Positions 12,765 to 25,705 of a DNA stretch of 64,000 nucleotides are shown one piece after another (positions within the stretch are counted from its first letter, which is position 1; each line of letters begins with the position of its first letter). The stretch covers positions 10,602,001-10,666,000 of the forward strand of contig NC_043022.1 in NCBI RefSeq assembly GCF_006345805.1, written 5' to 3'. The position numbers and the translations under genes were made by a program. Source of the stretch: Octopus sinensis (Eukaryota). Below the pieces are notes generated by a model. That model saw only the letters and a program-made list of their open reading frames with translations, was not told the DNA's origin and did no database searches.

Positions 12765-13150
12765 TATTCTTTTCTACTCTAGGCACAAGGCCCGAAATTT
12801 ATGAGGAGGGGGACAGTCGATTAGATCGACCCCAGTACACAACTGGTACTTAATTTATCGACCCTGAAAGAATGAAAGACAAAGTCGACCTCGGCGGAAT
12901 TTGAACTCAGAACGTAAAGACAGACGAAATACCTATTTCTTTATTACCCACAAGAGGACAAACAAGGACAGACAAACGGATTAAGTCGATTACATCGACC
13001 CCAGTGCGTAACTGGTACTTAATTTATCGACCCCGAAAGGATGAAAGGCAAAGTCGACCTCGGCGGAATTTGAACTGAGAACATAACGGCAGACAAAATA
13101 CTGCTAAGCATTTCGCCCGACATGCCAATGTTTCTGCCAGCTCGCCGCCT
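12765..13150 (-). mobile_element. tRNA-derived SINE with Meta-like central domain (two nested or partial copies)
   Basis: Head AGGCGGCGAGCTGGCAGAAAC and central GCCTTTCATCCTTTCGGGGTCGATAAATTAAGTACCAG. Relatives at ~4700, 7020, 32693, 47415 and 47640. Confidence 0.7.
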
Positions 13151-13304
13151 CGAACAACAATATGAAACCATTGAAATCAACGAGAGACTCTAAAGACAAA
13201 TCCATTGACGAGTAAACTTTGATTTAAAGAGTTGCCTCCCTTCCATTGCTGACTGCTTGGAATTCGCAATCTTTGCACAAGCACAGAACCTCAGAGTTAA
13301 TTAA

Positions 13305-13520
13305 TTGCTTTCGTTACTGTATATAATTTGAGATGCTCTGTGTTTCTTTCTATTATTTTAAATATAACAAATAATTTAGTAAAATAACTTAGTTATCATT
13401 AAAGTAGTGTTAGGAACGTAAATTGCGACTAAGGTTTGGTGGTATATTTTAATGCAAAACTTATGAAAACAAGACATTTGTACTACAGAGCCGGTTTTGG
13501 CCGTGTTGGTAATGAAAAGG
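13305..13520. mobile_element. piggyBac-like MITE
   Basis: Flanked by TTAA at 13301-13304 and 13521-13524. Degenerate TIRs CTTTCGTTAC / GTAATGAAAAGG match the end at 63233. Confidence 0.55.
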
Positions 13521-15194
13521 TTAATCAAAACCTCTTTAAAAAAAAGCATCTTCCACTCTGTTTCATATATTCCATAATGTCCAATTCGCAGAGTTAATTT
13601 AGTCTTCCATCACCTGAGGTGATTCGATGCAGCCAGAAGCGTAGTATGGGTGTGTTAACCGCCCTCTGCAGTAGCCAAATTGGCCGTCCCTTCCTTAAAC
13701 ATAATATACACGTTTATAATAAAGTAGCCGTTTTGTGTGGTCCGCCACTGAACTTCCTTAGGTAACGAGCTGGCAAGTTAATGATTCTTATCATACCACT
13801 GTTTTTTTGTTGATTTTGTTTTTGTTTTTCTTATTTCTTTTTTTTTTTTTGTGAGTGAAGCGTAAGGACTGGTATGGTGGTCGGGGATGTGGCTATGACC
13901 TTTGCAGACCTTCCCAGGACAGTGAGATCAACACAAACTTGAAATATTATGTTAAATTTTTGAAATGCAAACATGTGAATGAAAATTAAGTTTAATTTGT
14001 AGCCAAAATAGTACTGAATTTTTTGATACCGTATACGTCAAAATCTGTAACTCAGTTTTGGAAAGCATAAGGAATATATAATATCAATGAGGCAGACCTC
14101 TACATGGTAGCTAGACCTGGTAGAAATAGCAGCCAAATCTCCCTCAAAGCACCCTACTGTCTTAATCCGACAATTCTGCCTATTATGTAGTTTAAGTAAG
14201 AAACTGGGATCTTTCCCTTTTGAACGGCAGACAATTTCTAGTTAACTAAACACTTTAAAACTTCGTATACTGGTAGAATGTGTCAAAATAAAACATTTTT
14301 TTCTCTTGGCTTTCTTGAGAAAATTGTAATTTGTTTGTTTAACGTAGTTTAATTTTTCGAATTTTAACCAATCCTATGCTCTCTTTTGAGCTAAAATCAT
14401 TTGCTGAGTCTAAAACTGAGACAACATCCTGTAACTAACCCTAACCCTAAATTTTTTTTTTCTTAATTGTTAAATTAATTTAATTGTTACATGTGTAAAT
14501 TTAATTGTTACAGAGAGAGGAAAGAAGAGATACGGCGTAGCGACGGTTTTGGTTGAGTGTCATCCTGTACTCCCTTTGTTGCTACTGAAATGGCATGTGC
14601 CGGTTGTCTGAGCAACTGGTTGTTTTAATGGCAGAACAAACAGGACATTAAAGATTACAAAAATAACGATTCTCACTTTGAAACTAACAATTTTGAAAAT
14701 CTTTTTTCGGAACACTCCGCTCTCTCATGTATCCATGTTTAAAATTTCAGCGCAATCCGATGAACAATACTCGAGTTATAAGTGCACAAACAGACAGACC
14801 AAATGGATTTTATATATTAAGATATATATAAATTCAGTGTGTGTTGTGTTCCATTACTTGATGAATGAGAAAAATGTATGAACAAACAACATAACAGATA
14901 CTGAATGTAAAAAAAAATAAACAGAAAGTCCATGATTCTTCATCAGTTATCGACCAATGGTACTTTTCAGTTTTGTACCTTTAACAATGAGACCGAATGC
15001 TTCATAATTGGCGGTGCCCACAAAAAAGTTTTCTTGCATAGAATTAGGGACAAGAGCAAACAAAATGAAAGAAAACAAGCAAATGGACACAGAGTGTGAT
15101 CTAGGACAGTGGACGGGGACAGTGGACAAGGACAGTGGGTGATGTTTAGAAAATGTTTTGAATGATGGAGAACGGAGAGACAAAATTTATGACT

Positions 15195-15332
15195 GGTCAG
15201 CTAAGGGACCTGTCTATTGTCAGCTAAGGGACCAGTCTATGGTCAGCTAAGGGACCAGTCTATGGTCAGCTAAGGGACCAGTCTATGGTCAGCTAAGAGA
15301 CCAGTCTATGGTCAGCTAAGGGACCAGTCTAA
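15195..15332 (+). repeat. 23-bp minisatellite, 6 copies
   Basis: GGTCAGCTAAGGGACCAGTCTAT x6 with few substitutions. Confidence 0.95.
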
Positions 15333-15698
15333 GAAAGGAAGGAAAAGACAAACTGGCTGCGGGTCACGTGACAGCAGCAACAGAGAAAAGAAGGGGGAAG
15401 TGGATAAAGGGGAAGGAGAAAGGCTAGGAATAGAAGAGGGAGAGAGAGAAAGTAAGTAGAAGCTCTAGAATAAAAGTGACAGGATAAGTCAGCATAACTA
15501 CACAAGTGTGCCCTCCTGACTTTCAGAAAAATGGATATTTCTGAATGAAATTTTCTAAAAATACCTTTCAAATGGTGTAGGTTATAATTATATAGGAACC
15601 TAATGTGACAAAAAAACAAATGGTGGATACATACACATAAATACTGACATACTTCACAAATTTTCAAAATTTCAAGTTTCATTTTGTGAATATATATA

Positions 15699-16022
15699 GG
15701 CGTAGGAACTGCATGGTTCCAGGTTCAGTCCCACTGCGTGGCACCTTGGGTAAGTGTCTTCTACTATAGCCTCAGGCCCACCAAAGACTTGTGAGTGGAT
15801 TTGGTAGACGGAAACTGAAAGAAGCCCATCGTATATGTACGTGTTTGTCCCCCCCAAAATTGGTTGACAACCGATGGTGGTGTGTTTACGTCCCCGTAAC
15901 TTAGCGGTTCGGCAAAAGAGACTGATAGAATAAGTACTAGGCTTACAAAGAATAAGTCGTGGGGTCGATTTGCTCAACTAAAGGTGGTGCTCCAGCATGG
16001 CCACAGTCAAATGACTGAAACA
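15699..16022 (+). mobile_element. CORE-like SINE family A
   Basis: Head, CORE-like box and 3' tail as in other copies. Confidence 0.8.
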
Positions 16023-16079
16023 TGTGATGTGCATAGGTATGTATATGTGTGCACCGTACAACTTTCTTTTTCACACTAG

Positions 16080-16745
16080 ATTTCAATATGATTGGTATCT
16101 ACATCATCTGAAAGTTATTTGTAGGAAATTTCATTAAAAAAAGATAACCACTTTTTGAAAAAGTTATGAGGAAACAAAGCCCACTCAAAATTTTCAGAAA
16201 CTTCTTTCCATCGCTAACCCCAAAATATCATTTTCACAAAGCACCATCCGATCGTAGCCGTTGCCAGCCTCGTCTGGCACCTGTGCCGGTGGCATGTAAC
16301 AAGCACCCACTACACTCACGGAGTGGTTGGCGTTAATAAAGGCATCCAGCTGTAGAAACACTGCCAGATCAGACTGGAGCCTGGTGCAGCCTTCTGGCTT
16401 CCCAGACCCCAGTTGAACCGTCCAACCCTTGCTAGCATGGAAAGCAGACGTTAAACGACGATGATGATGATGATGACGTCATAAATTTCCATATAATCAT
16501 ATTTTACACCATCTGAAAGGTATTTGAAGAAAATTTAATTGAAAAAAGATAACCACTTTTTGAAAAAGTTATGAGGAAACAAAGCCCACTCATAAATTTT
16601 CAGAAGCTTCTTTCCATCGCCAACCCCAGAATATCATTTTCACATCACAAATTTCCATATAATCGTATTTTACACCATCTGAAAGATATTTGAAGAAAAT
16701 TTCATTGAAAAAAGATAACCACTTTTTGAAAAAGTTATGAGGAAC
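16080..16745 (+). repeat. ~166-bp tandem repeat (about 3 units) interrupted by an RTE 3' UTR fragment at ~16240-16476
   Basis: AAAAAAGATAACCACTTTTTGAAAAAGTTATGAGGAAAC occurs three times. Confidence 0.8.
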
Positions 16746-16839
16746 CAGATTCCCCAGGGCATACTTGTCTAGGTATACCTAGTAAGTCTAAAATTATAGG
16801 GAAACCAGCGCTCTCAGTGCCACAGGCTCTGCCTGTCTT

Positions 16840-17230
16840 GTAGTGGTCTTGTCAGCCACATCCACTGTGGCTGGAGGCAGAGGATGATGAATGTCTTTGA
16901 TTGATGCTGTCATCACGTTTGATGGGCTGGGAAAACGTGTACAAAGGAGGGAGGATTTCTACAAGGTTGATATTTTGGTGTGGAAGGATTGGTTGTAGTC
17001 ATCAGTGCAGAGCCTTAGGGAAGAGGACTGCACAGTGTGGGTGAAGAGAGAGAGAGAGACAAAGGAATTGAGAGTGCTTGTGTGGAAGGTGTATGAGTCT
17101 GGCCAGCTCTGAGGAGCAGTGACCACTGTAGATAGATAGAAAAGGCCGAGATGAGGCAGCAGTCTGTGGGATGCTGGAGTGGGACAGTGAGCAACTTCAT
17201 TTTAATCAGTGATGAAGTGTGGCCATTTTA
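16840..17230 (-). mobile_element. Degenerate L2/CR1-group LINE 3' remnant
   Basis: Minus-strand translation fragments (LLTVPLQHP..LISAFSIY, then a helix/FP-rich tail) resemble an L2-group C-terminus. Interrupted by stops and frameshifts. Confidence 0.4.
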
Positions 17231-18036
17231 GGGTATGGACTAGGATATGTATTGAGTGGTGGTGGTGGCGGTGGCGGCTGCATTGGTGGTGGTGGTAGCA
17301 GCAATGTTTCATCCATCATCTCGACACTTCATTTTCAATGGCCTATCTAGTTTGCTGTAAGAAGATACTGCGCAGTGTTATAAATCACCCCTGTGAACGT
17401 GGAAGACCTACTAGAAATATCTACCGAATCTTCCTCAAGTGACATGCCATTTTTTAAAAAATAAGTAGGCATGAGTGACATATTGGCTACCGTAATCCGA
17501 GACAGACTAAGTGAAAGAAAATTAAAAAATTAAAAATGTGGGATGGCCACAGCTGGAATGCATTTGAATCCAGATAGCATTTATGACTGGAGTGACATTT
17601 TATGCAGTTTGAAAATATGTTACAGATGTTGGATAAGAGTGAAATCACTGGATATAATTTTACACACACACACACACGTACACACCCATGCACATACATA
17701 CGTATACACATATATACAGGCACATACACATATAGTGATGCCACTATAAAATTCATGCAATACCACTGTGAAAGTGGTTGATGTTAGAAAAGTTAAATTA
17801 ACCCATAGAGACCATGCTGATGTAAAACATGAGCATGGAGAAGAGTTTGTAAACTTATTTATAAAAAACTGGAATTAATGATAAAGATGCCACTATTTAT
17901 CTCTTCAAAAATATCTCATCTACCTACCCATCTGCTTCTTGTCTAATCCATCTGTCTACCTACCTATCTGTATGTGAGTATGTGTAATATATATATATAT
18001 ATATATTGCACACATTCAAAATGTGACTGCGTGTGT

Positions 18037-18230
18037 ACCGTTGGCGATTTTTTTCCTCTGTCTTCCCTTCCTTGGATCTTTCCTTTTTCTATGTTTCTGA
18101 CGAAGAGCTCCGCTCGGAACATTAAATCCTCCTTCTTTCTTTCCTTTCCTGAGCATCCAATAACATTATACTTGTTCCACGTCCTCGCATTGTTGTCTTC
18201 TCTCTTTATGTTTTCATGTTTGGATTAACT
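18037..18230 (+). mobile_element. PLE-like terminal fragment with degenerate hammerhead motif
   Basis: GTTT CTGACGA A GAGC TCC GCTC GGAA CA TT AAAT at 18093-18127. Second copy at 55860-56050. Confidence 0.55.
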
Positions 18231-18244
18231 TTATATATATATAT

Positions 18245-18522
18245 GTATATTTATATGTGGAGGCACAATGGCCCAGTGGACTTGCAGCTGGAGGATCACA
18301 GTTTCGATTCCCAGACCAGGCATTGTGTATATTTATTGAGCGAAAACACCTAAAATGCTCCACGAGGCTCTGACGTGGGGTGGTGGTGGCGACCCCTGTT
18401 GTACACTTTTGCCCCAACTTTCTCTCATGCTTTCTTCATGTTTCTTGAGTAACGCTGCGATGGACTGGCCACAGAAACCAGGAAAACCGGCCCATGAACC
18501 TAGCTAGGCTTGATAAGGGCGC
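18245..18522 (+). mobile_element. tRNA-derived SINE (family C)
   Basis: Head GTGGAGGCACAATGGCCCAGTGG..GTTTCGATTCCC and GCGATGGACTGG box. Related copies at ~32965-33275 (-) and 39345-39655 (+). Confidence 0.7.
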
Positions 18523-18562
<40 letters not shown>

Positions 18563-19460
18563 TCGTTGCCAGTGCTGCTAGACTGGCTCCTGTGCAGGTG
18601 GCACGTAAAAAACACCATTTGAGCGTAGCTGTTGCCAGTACCACCTGACTGGTCCTCGTGCCAGTAGCACATAAAAGCACCCACTAACCTCTCAAAGTGG
18701 TTGGTGTTAGGAAGTGCATCAAGCTGTAGAAACTCTGCCAGATCAGATTGGAGCCTGGTGCAGCCATCTGGTTTGCCAGTCCTCAGTCAAATCATCCAAC
18801 CCATGCTAGCATAGAAAGCAGACATTAAACGATGATGATGATGATGATATATATATCATCATCATCATTGTCATCATTTAATGTCTGCTCTCCAACCTGG
18901 CATGGGTTAAATGGTTTGACTGAAAACTGTAAGCCAGGGAGCTGCACCAGGTTCCAATTTGATTTGGCAAGGTCTCTACGGCTGGATGCACTTCCTAATG
19001 CCAACCACTCCGAGAGTGCAGTGGGTGTTTTTTATGTTCCACCAGCATGGGTACCATTGACCTGACACCGGCATTGGCCATGACTATGGGCTCACTTGGC
19101 TTGACACAAGCACAGTATAATTGCGAAAGGTCTTGATATATATAAATATTCTTGAAGAATCTTTGAAACAAGATGAAAGTGCTAAATAAATAATAATCCC
19201 AAATTCCGACAACCTCCTTCTTTTTAACATATAAAATCTGTACGCCACTTCAAACTATATATATATGAATGTATTTGTATGTGTGTATAGTATAGGTTAG
19301 TTCAAACATGTTTGCAATAATAAGTGTTGCGTGGTGGAAATAAACACAATTACCAAACTTTCATTCATAAAGCCATTTATTATTTTGTTCTTTCGCATTT
19401 CAATTTGTACATTTGTACCCATAAATTTTCAAAAACTGCACGCCAGAAGAAATGAAAAAC

Positions 19461-19605
19461 AGAACTTTCCAGGAAGTCTGCCCCTTCTCAGAACAGGAAG
19501 TCCCCCTTCTTCCATTTCTTGGAACTTTCCAGGAAGTCCTCCCCTTCCTCGGAACTTTCCAGAAAGCCCCCTCCCCTTCCTCGCAACTTTCCAGGAAGTC
19601 ATCTC
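19461..19605 (+). repeat. ~30-bp degenerate minisatellite
   Basis: GAACTTTCCAGGAAGTC..CCCCTTCCTC about 5 times. Confidence 0.75.
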
Positions 19606-19838
19606 CATACTCCTCGGAAAACTCATCAAAGACAACCGGTTTAGAACAAAATAACAGAAAATATGTCAAAGTCTGCGAGACAGCAACTCAATCTGGAGTG
19701 GGTGGTGCCCTTCAATTCGATAAAAGAAACTTGCCCATGTGTCTACACCTGCTAATAATTTCACATCTCAAATTAGGCAGTGTGCTGGAATTGCTGGATC
19801 GAAGAAGAATATGAGATCTTTCTGCTATGCATATATAT

Positions 19839-19880
<42 letters not shown>

Positions 19881-20324
19881 TGTATTTTCCAGCAGCATGC
19901 AAGCTGAACACTTAAGGGCCAAAATTTACAGCTGAAAATAGGTAGGTTGACTTATACAGCAAAAAGACCAAAGATTCCATGTGAAATGCAGCAGGATTTG
20001 GAAAGATAGTGACGATGATTCAATGTCTACTCTAAATACTATGTTGACTTGTATACTGAAAAAATATGGTATGTAAATACATCATAAGCCATTAGCTGAC
20101 TTAAAGTGTGTTTTCACCCATTTACTCTTTTACTTGTTTAAGTCATTTGACTGTGGCCATGCTGGAGCACCACCTTTAGTCAGGCAAGTCGACCCCAGGA
20201 CTTATTCTTTGTAAGCCTAGTACTTATGCTATTGGTCTCTTTTGCTGAACCACTAAGTTACGGGAATGTAAACACACCACCATTGGTTGTCAAGCGATGT
20301 TGGCGAACAAATACAGACACACAA

Positions 20325-20357
<33 letters not shown>

Positions 20358-20359
20358 CA

Positions 20360-22694
20360 TATATATAATAATAAAAATAATTTTAAAAAAAACATTGTGT
20401 ACAGTGCTCAGGTGCACTACAACTCATCTAAAGTGTATCAGGTGTAGTTTCGGCGGATTTCGGAAAGCATGAGGGCCTTAAAGGATGCAGTGTCATGGCA
20501 GTCAACAACTGACGCAGGCAGTTTGTTCCATGCTTCAGCAACTCTGAGCGTGAAAAGCTGTTTCCGAAAGTCATGGGAGCTGTGTTGTTTTCTGACTTTG
20601 TAGGCATGTCCACGTGTGTTAGACACATGAAGATCAAAAAGGTGTTCAGTGTTGTTGTTGGTGAGGTGGTTGATAACTTTGTGGGTGTTTACCAAGTCCA
20701 TCGCCAGACGCCGGAGCTTCAGTCAATCCATGCCCAGGGAAACAAGGCGCTCAGAGTATGGTAGGTGTCTGATGGAAGGTATGCGTTTGGTTGCACGTCT
20801 CTGAACAGATTCCAGGAGGTCAATGTTCTGAGCAAGATAGGGGTTCCAAACTGATGATGCGAATTCCAAGTGTGGTCGTACCATAGCTGTATACAGTTTT
20901 AAATAGATGGCTGGAGAGCGGCTAACAAAAGTCTTGCTGAGTGATGCCAAGACACCCTCGGCCTTCTTGACAATGTTAGAGATGGGCTTTGTCCAACGCA
21001 AATCACTGCTGACAGTGATGCCTAGGTCATGCTCGCAAGAGGATTTCTTGATATCAGTGTTGTGGAAGGAGTATGTGGACGCAGGGTTTTTTCTCCCAAA
21101 ATGCATGGTGGTACACTTGTCCACAGCCAGTTTCAGTTGCCAGTCTGTGATCCATTGCTGCATTGTGTCCAGGTCTGATTGCAGGAAAGAGCTGTAGACA
21201 ACAGGATCTGTCCTCTTGATTTCAAGGTACAGCTTGATGTCATCTGCATATTTCAATAATGTGGCATTCTTTAAATTGGCATCTATGTCATTAATGTATG
21301 CCACAAACAAGAGGAGACCAAGGACAGATCCCTGTAGTACACCCGATGACATCTCATATGGTGTAGAATGCTGTCTTAGAACTGTGACTACCTCCTTTCA
21401 GCTGAGAATGAAGGATTTCAACCAGTTAAAAAGATCATCCCTCACACCCATTGCAGAGAGTTTCACCATAAGCCTTTTGTGTGGCACAGAGTTGAAAGCC
21501 TTAGCAAAGTCAAGGTAGACAACATCCACCCATGAGCCACTGTCAGTGATCTGAGTAATGTCCTCAAGGAACTCGACAAGTTGATCACTGCAGCTGGACT
21601 TAGGGACAAATCCATATTGTGAGGGTCGGATGAGACTGTGAGAGTTCCAGAAGTTCCAAAGTGTTTCTCTGACACACGATTCCATCAGTTTTGCAATACA
21701 GCTAGTGAGACTGACTGGGCGATAGTTGACAGGTGATGTGTGGTCGCCCTTTTTGAACAGAGGAATGACACTGGCAGTTTTCCACTGCTCCAGAGTAGCA
21801 CCATTGTTGAGACAGTACTGGAAAAAAATAGAAAGCTGGTGTAAAAGGAAGTACCTGCCACGTTTGAGAAGCAGGTATGTAACTCCATCAAGACCAAGGG
21901 AGGCATAGTTGCGCTTATTTGAAGGTGACGTTGCAGCATTGCAGGTGTAAATTCCATAGTTGTTATGGAATTTGCTGTTAGAGATGGTGAAGATGGTACA
22001 TTTTGACTTTCAACAGTGAATATGTTTGCATAGCACTCGGCAATGAGTTCTGCACATTCCTTGGGGTCGTCACTGATCTGGTTTGTGTGAGGGTTGCGAA
22101 GAGGGCCCACTGGAGAGTGAGGTCTCTGCTTCGAATGCACATATTTCCAGAAAACCTTGCTATCAGGATTGGCTGCTATGCACTGTTCAAATTCAAGCAC
22201 TGCTTTTTTTGTCACTTGCTTGAGATGGAAGATTTATTCCGCTTTTTCCTGTTGGTGTCTGATTTATGCAACTTGTATTCCCGTTCAGCTGTCTGACGTT
22301 CCTTCCTGGCAAGTCGGACCGCTGAAGTTTCCCAAATTGCACTTTTGGGGTGGTTCTTCTTTTTCTGTTTACGTGGCACTGATGCTGCACATGCTGCCCA
22401 TATTGAGTCCAGGATACTCTGGAGTATAGTATTCACATCTCCAGAGTTGTAGAATTCATGCCAGTTTGGGTGCTGTAATTCAGTGTGGTACAGGTTCCAA
22501 TCTGCTCTCTTCCAATCGAAGGAAGCAGATTGGAGATGGTTCAGGTTTTTGTTGTTGCCCGCAAGAGCCAGATTGGCGATGATCATAGCATGATCAGAGT
22601 CGCCTAGAGGTTCCTCTGTAGTACAATTGATAACCGCTTCAGGAGTTGTGGTGAAGAGCAGGTCCAATGTGTTGTTGCCTCTTGTTGGAGAGGT
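20360..22694 (-). mobile_element. 5'-truncated CR1-type LINE (APE C-terminus + RT), broken ORF2
   Basis: ORFs read RGNNTLDLLFTT, QYGFVPKSSC..VDVVYLDFAKAFNSVPH, GVLQGSVLG..KYADDIKL and RVAEAWNKLP, followed by a 3' UTR and TTA-rich tail. Confidence 0.92.
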
Positions 22695-22853
22695 GGGCTT
22701 CTTTCAGTTTCCGTCTACCAAATCCACTCACAAGGCTTTGGTCAGCCCGAAGCTAAAGTAGAAGACACTTGCCCAAGGTGCCACGCAGTGGGACTGAACC
22801 CGGAACTATGTGGCTGGTAAGCAAGCTACTTACCACACAGCTATTCCTGCGCC
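22695..22853 (-). mobile_element. 5' half of CORE-like SINE family A joined to the truncated CR1
   Basis: The SINE ends at ..GAAAGAAGCCC and continues directly into CR1 sequence in the same orientation. Confidence 0.8.
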
Positions 22854-23505
22854 TATATTTATATACATTAACACCAGATGTGTCATATGTTCAGTATCAT
22901 ACGTATAAAACACATCTAAGCAAGGCAGCTGTTGCAAATGATGATCTCTTAGTGTTTGTGAATGAATGAATACCTTATCAATTATATGACCAAATTGCAG
23001 GGTATGGCAAAGCCATTATGTAGGAAATAAACTATTTAAGCCAGTTGGTATTTGAAAATTCCTTATAATAAATAGTGAACGAACTTGGTTGCCAGAATGC
23101 AAGAAGATTCAGCATCTGATAACAAATAATATGTATATATATATATATGTACATATGCATGCACTCACACACACACACACATGTATAATTATGTATATAT
23201 ATATATATATATATATCCGTAATAATGAAGGGTGAAATTAATTAATTTGGAAAAATTATCAATTACACCAAGTAGTCTTCGGCATGTAAAAGCCTCATTC
23301 GAGGAAAATTTAAGTAATACTAAGCAATAAGGGTTTAGCAACGAGTTGCCTTACCACATACCGAATTTAGAAATAGCAGTCAAAGGGTTATAGCTATTTC
23401 TTCTACTAAAAAGGGAGATCTCAGTAAAAACAGCATTTGGAAGGCAGACACAAACAGGTAAGAGAGAATGAATTGACTGCAATCTATCATACATTTTTTT
23501 AGTTA

Positions 23506-23611
23506 TCCACGGACGTACGTTTCGAAATCAAGTTTTTAGGAAAGCATAAGAATTAAATATTAAATATTAAATAATTCTATCTTACCGAAACTTCTTTCTC
23601 TTCAGCGTAGA
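23506..23611 (-). ncRNA. Type I hammerhead ribozyme with extended stem II (array unit 1)
   Basis: UCUACG CUGAAGA [GAAA..75 nt..UUUC] GAAA CGUACG UC CGUGGA. Core intact; stem I is 6 bp including one U-G pair. Confidence 0.75.
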
Positions 23612-24099
23612 ATACTATAATCATAAATGATTATATATTGAATTTTGAGATACCAGAAGGCACCAACTCAACTCAGTATCAGAGCGAGCTAGAATCCGCA
23701 ACTGGTATCACCGAATTCAAATTGTGAATGAAACGATTGTGTCAACAGCCCCTTCCCACCCGCGTGTAGCCAAAACAAGATGCTGTGGTCATCTACTGAG
23801 ATAAAAATGGTTATCCGTATAATGAAGGGTGAAATTAATAATTTGGAAAAATTATCAATTACACCAAGTAGTCTTCGGCATGTAAAAGCCTCATTCGAGG
23901 AAAATTTAAGTAATACTAAGCAATAAGGGTTTAGCAACGAGTGCCTTACCACATACCGAATTTAGAAATAGCAGTCAAAGGGTTATAGCTATTTCTTCTA
24001 CTAAAAAGGGAGATCTCAGTAAAAACAGCATTTGGAAGGCAGACACAAACAGGTAAGAGAGAATGAATTGACTGCAATCTATCATACATTTTTTAGTTA

Positions 24100-24205
24100 T
24101 CCACGGACGTACGTTTCGAAATCAAGTTTTTAGGAAAGCATAAGAATTAAATATTAAATATTAAATAATTCTATCTTACCGAAACTTCTTTCTCTTCAGC
24201 GTAGA
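24100..24205 (-). ncRNA. Type I hammerhead ribozyme (array unit 2)
   Basis: Core and stems identical to unit 1. Confidence 0.75.
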
Positions 24206-24691
24206 ATACTATAATCATAAATGATTATATATTGAATTTTGAGATACAGAAGGCACCAACTCAACTCAGTATCAGAGCGAGCTAGAATCCGCAACTGGTA
24301 TCACCGAATTCAATTTGTGAATGAAACGATTGTGTCAACAGCCCCTTCCCACCCGCGTGTAGCCAAAACAAGATGCTGTGGTCATCTACTGAGATAAAAT
24401 ATGGTTATCCGTAATAATGAAGGGTGAAATTAATTAATTGGAAAATTATCAATTACACCAAGTAGTCTTCGGCATGTAAAAGCCTCATTCGAGGAAAATT
24501 AAGTAATACTAAGCAATAAGGGTTTAGCAACGAGTTGCCTTACCACATACCGAATTTAGAAATAGCAGTCAAAGGGTATAGCTATTTTTCTACTAAAAAG
24601 GGAGATCTCAGTAAAAACAGCATTTGGAAGGCAGACACAAACAGGTAAGAGAGAATGAATTGACTGCAATCTATCATACATTTTTTAGTTA

Positions 24692-24797
24692 TCCACGGAC
24701 GTACGTTCGAAATCAAGTTTAGGAAAGCATAAGAATTAAATATTAAATATTAAATAATTCTATCTTACCGAAACTTCTCTTTTTCTCTCAGCGTAGA
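24692..24797 (-). ncRNA. Hammerhead motif with core indels (array unit 3)
   Basis: Reads CUGAGA and GAA instead of CUGAAGA and GAAA: either an inactive copy or a consensus error. Confidence 0.5.
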
Positions 24798-25600
24798 ATT
24801 GTAGAATACTATATATCATAAATGATTAATATTGAATTGAGATACCAGAAGGCACCAACTCACTCAGTATCAGAGCGAGCTAGAATCCGCAACTGGTATC
24901 ACCGAATTCAATGTGAATGAATGAAACGATTGTGTCAACAGCCCCTTCCCACCCGCGTGTAGCCAAAACAAGATGCTGTGGTCATCTACTGAGATAAAAT
25001 ATGGTTATCCGTAATAATGAAGGGTGAAATTAATTAATTTGGAAAAATTATCAATTACACCAAGTAGTCTTCGGCATGTAAAAGCCTCATTCGAGGAAAA
25101 TTTAAGTAATACTAAGCAATAAGGGTTTAGCAACGAGTTGCCTTACCTCATTCTCTCTTACCTGTTTGTGTCTGCCTTCCAAATGCTGTTTTTACTGAGA
25201 TCTCCCTTTTTAGTAGAAGAAATAGCTATAACCCTTTGACTGCTATTTCTAAATTCGGTATGTGGTAAGGCAACTCGTTGCTAAACCCTTATTGCTTAGT
25301 ATTACTTAAATTTTCCTCGAATGAGGCTTTTACATGCCGAAGACTACTTGGTGTAATTGATAATTTTCCAAATTAATTAATTTCACCCTCATTATTACGG
25401 ATAACCATATTTATCTCAGTAGATGACCACAGCATCTTGTTTTGGCTACACGCGGGTGGGAAGGGGCTGTTGGACAAATCGTTTCATTCACAAATGAATT
25501 CGGTGATACCAGTTGCGGATTCTAGCTCGCTCTGATACTGAGTTGAGTGGTGCCTTCTGGTATCTCAAATTCAATATATAATCATTTATGATTATAGTAT

Positions 25601-25705
25601 TCTACGCTGAAGAGAAAAGAAGTTTCGGTAAGATAGAATTATTTAATATTTAATATTTAATTTTATGCTTTCCTAAAAACTTGATTCGAAACGTACGTCC
25701 GTGGA
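25601..25705 (+). ncRNA. Type I hammerhead ribozyme in the inverted part of the array
   Basis: TCTACG CTGAAGA (25607-25613) .. GAAA (25688-25691) CGTACG TC CGTGGA. Confidence 0.72.

Noticed and set aside
19640-19810. EWVVPFN peptide reminiscent of Helitron Rep
   Set aside because: The match is too short and the flanking motifs do not align.
23262-23310. Second HHR-like stretch in the array unit (CGAAUGA GGC..GCC GAAG)
   Set aside because: Both core boxes are non-canonical and there is no stem I.
23217-25147. CRISPR-like or satellite interpretation of the array
   Set aside because: The units are full-length copies with no unique spacers, the context is eukaryotic, and no cas genes are present.
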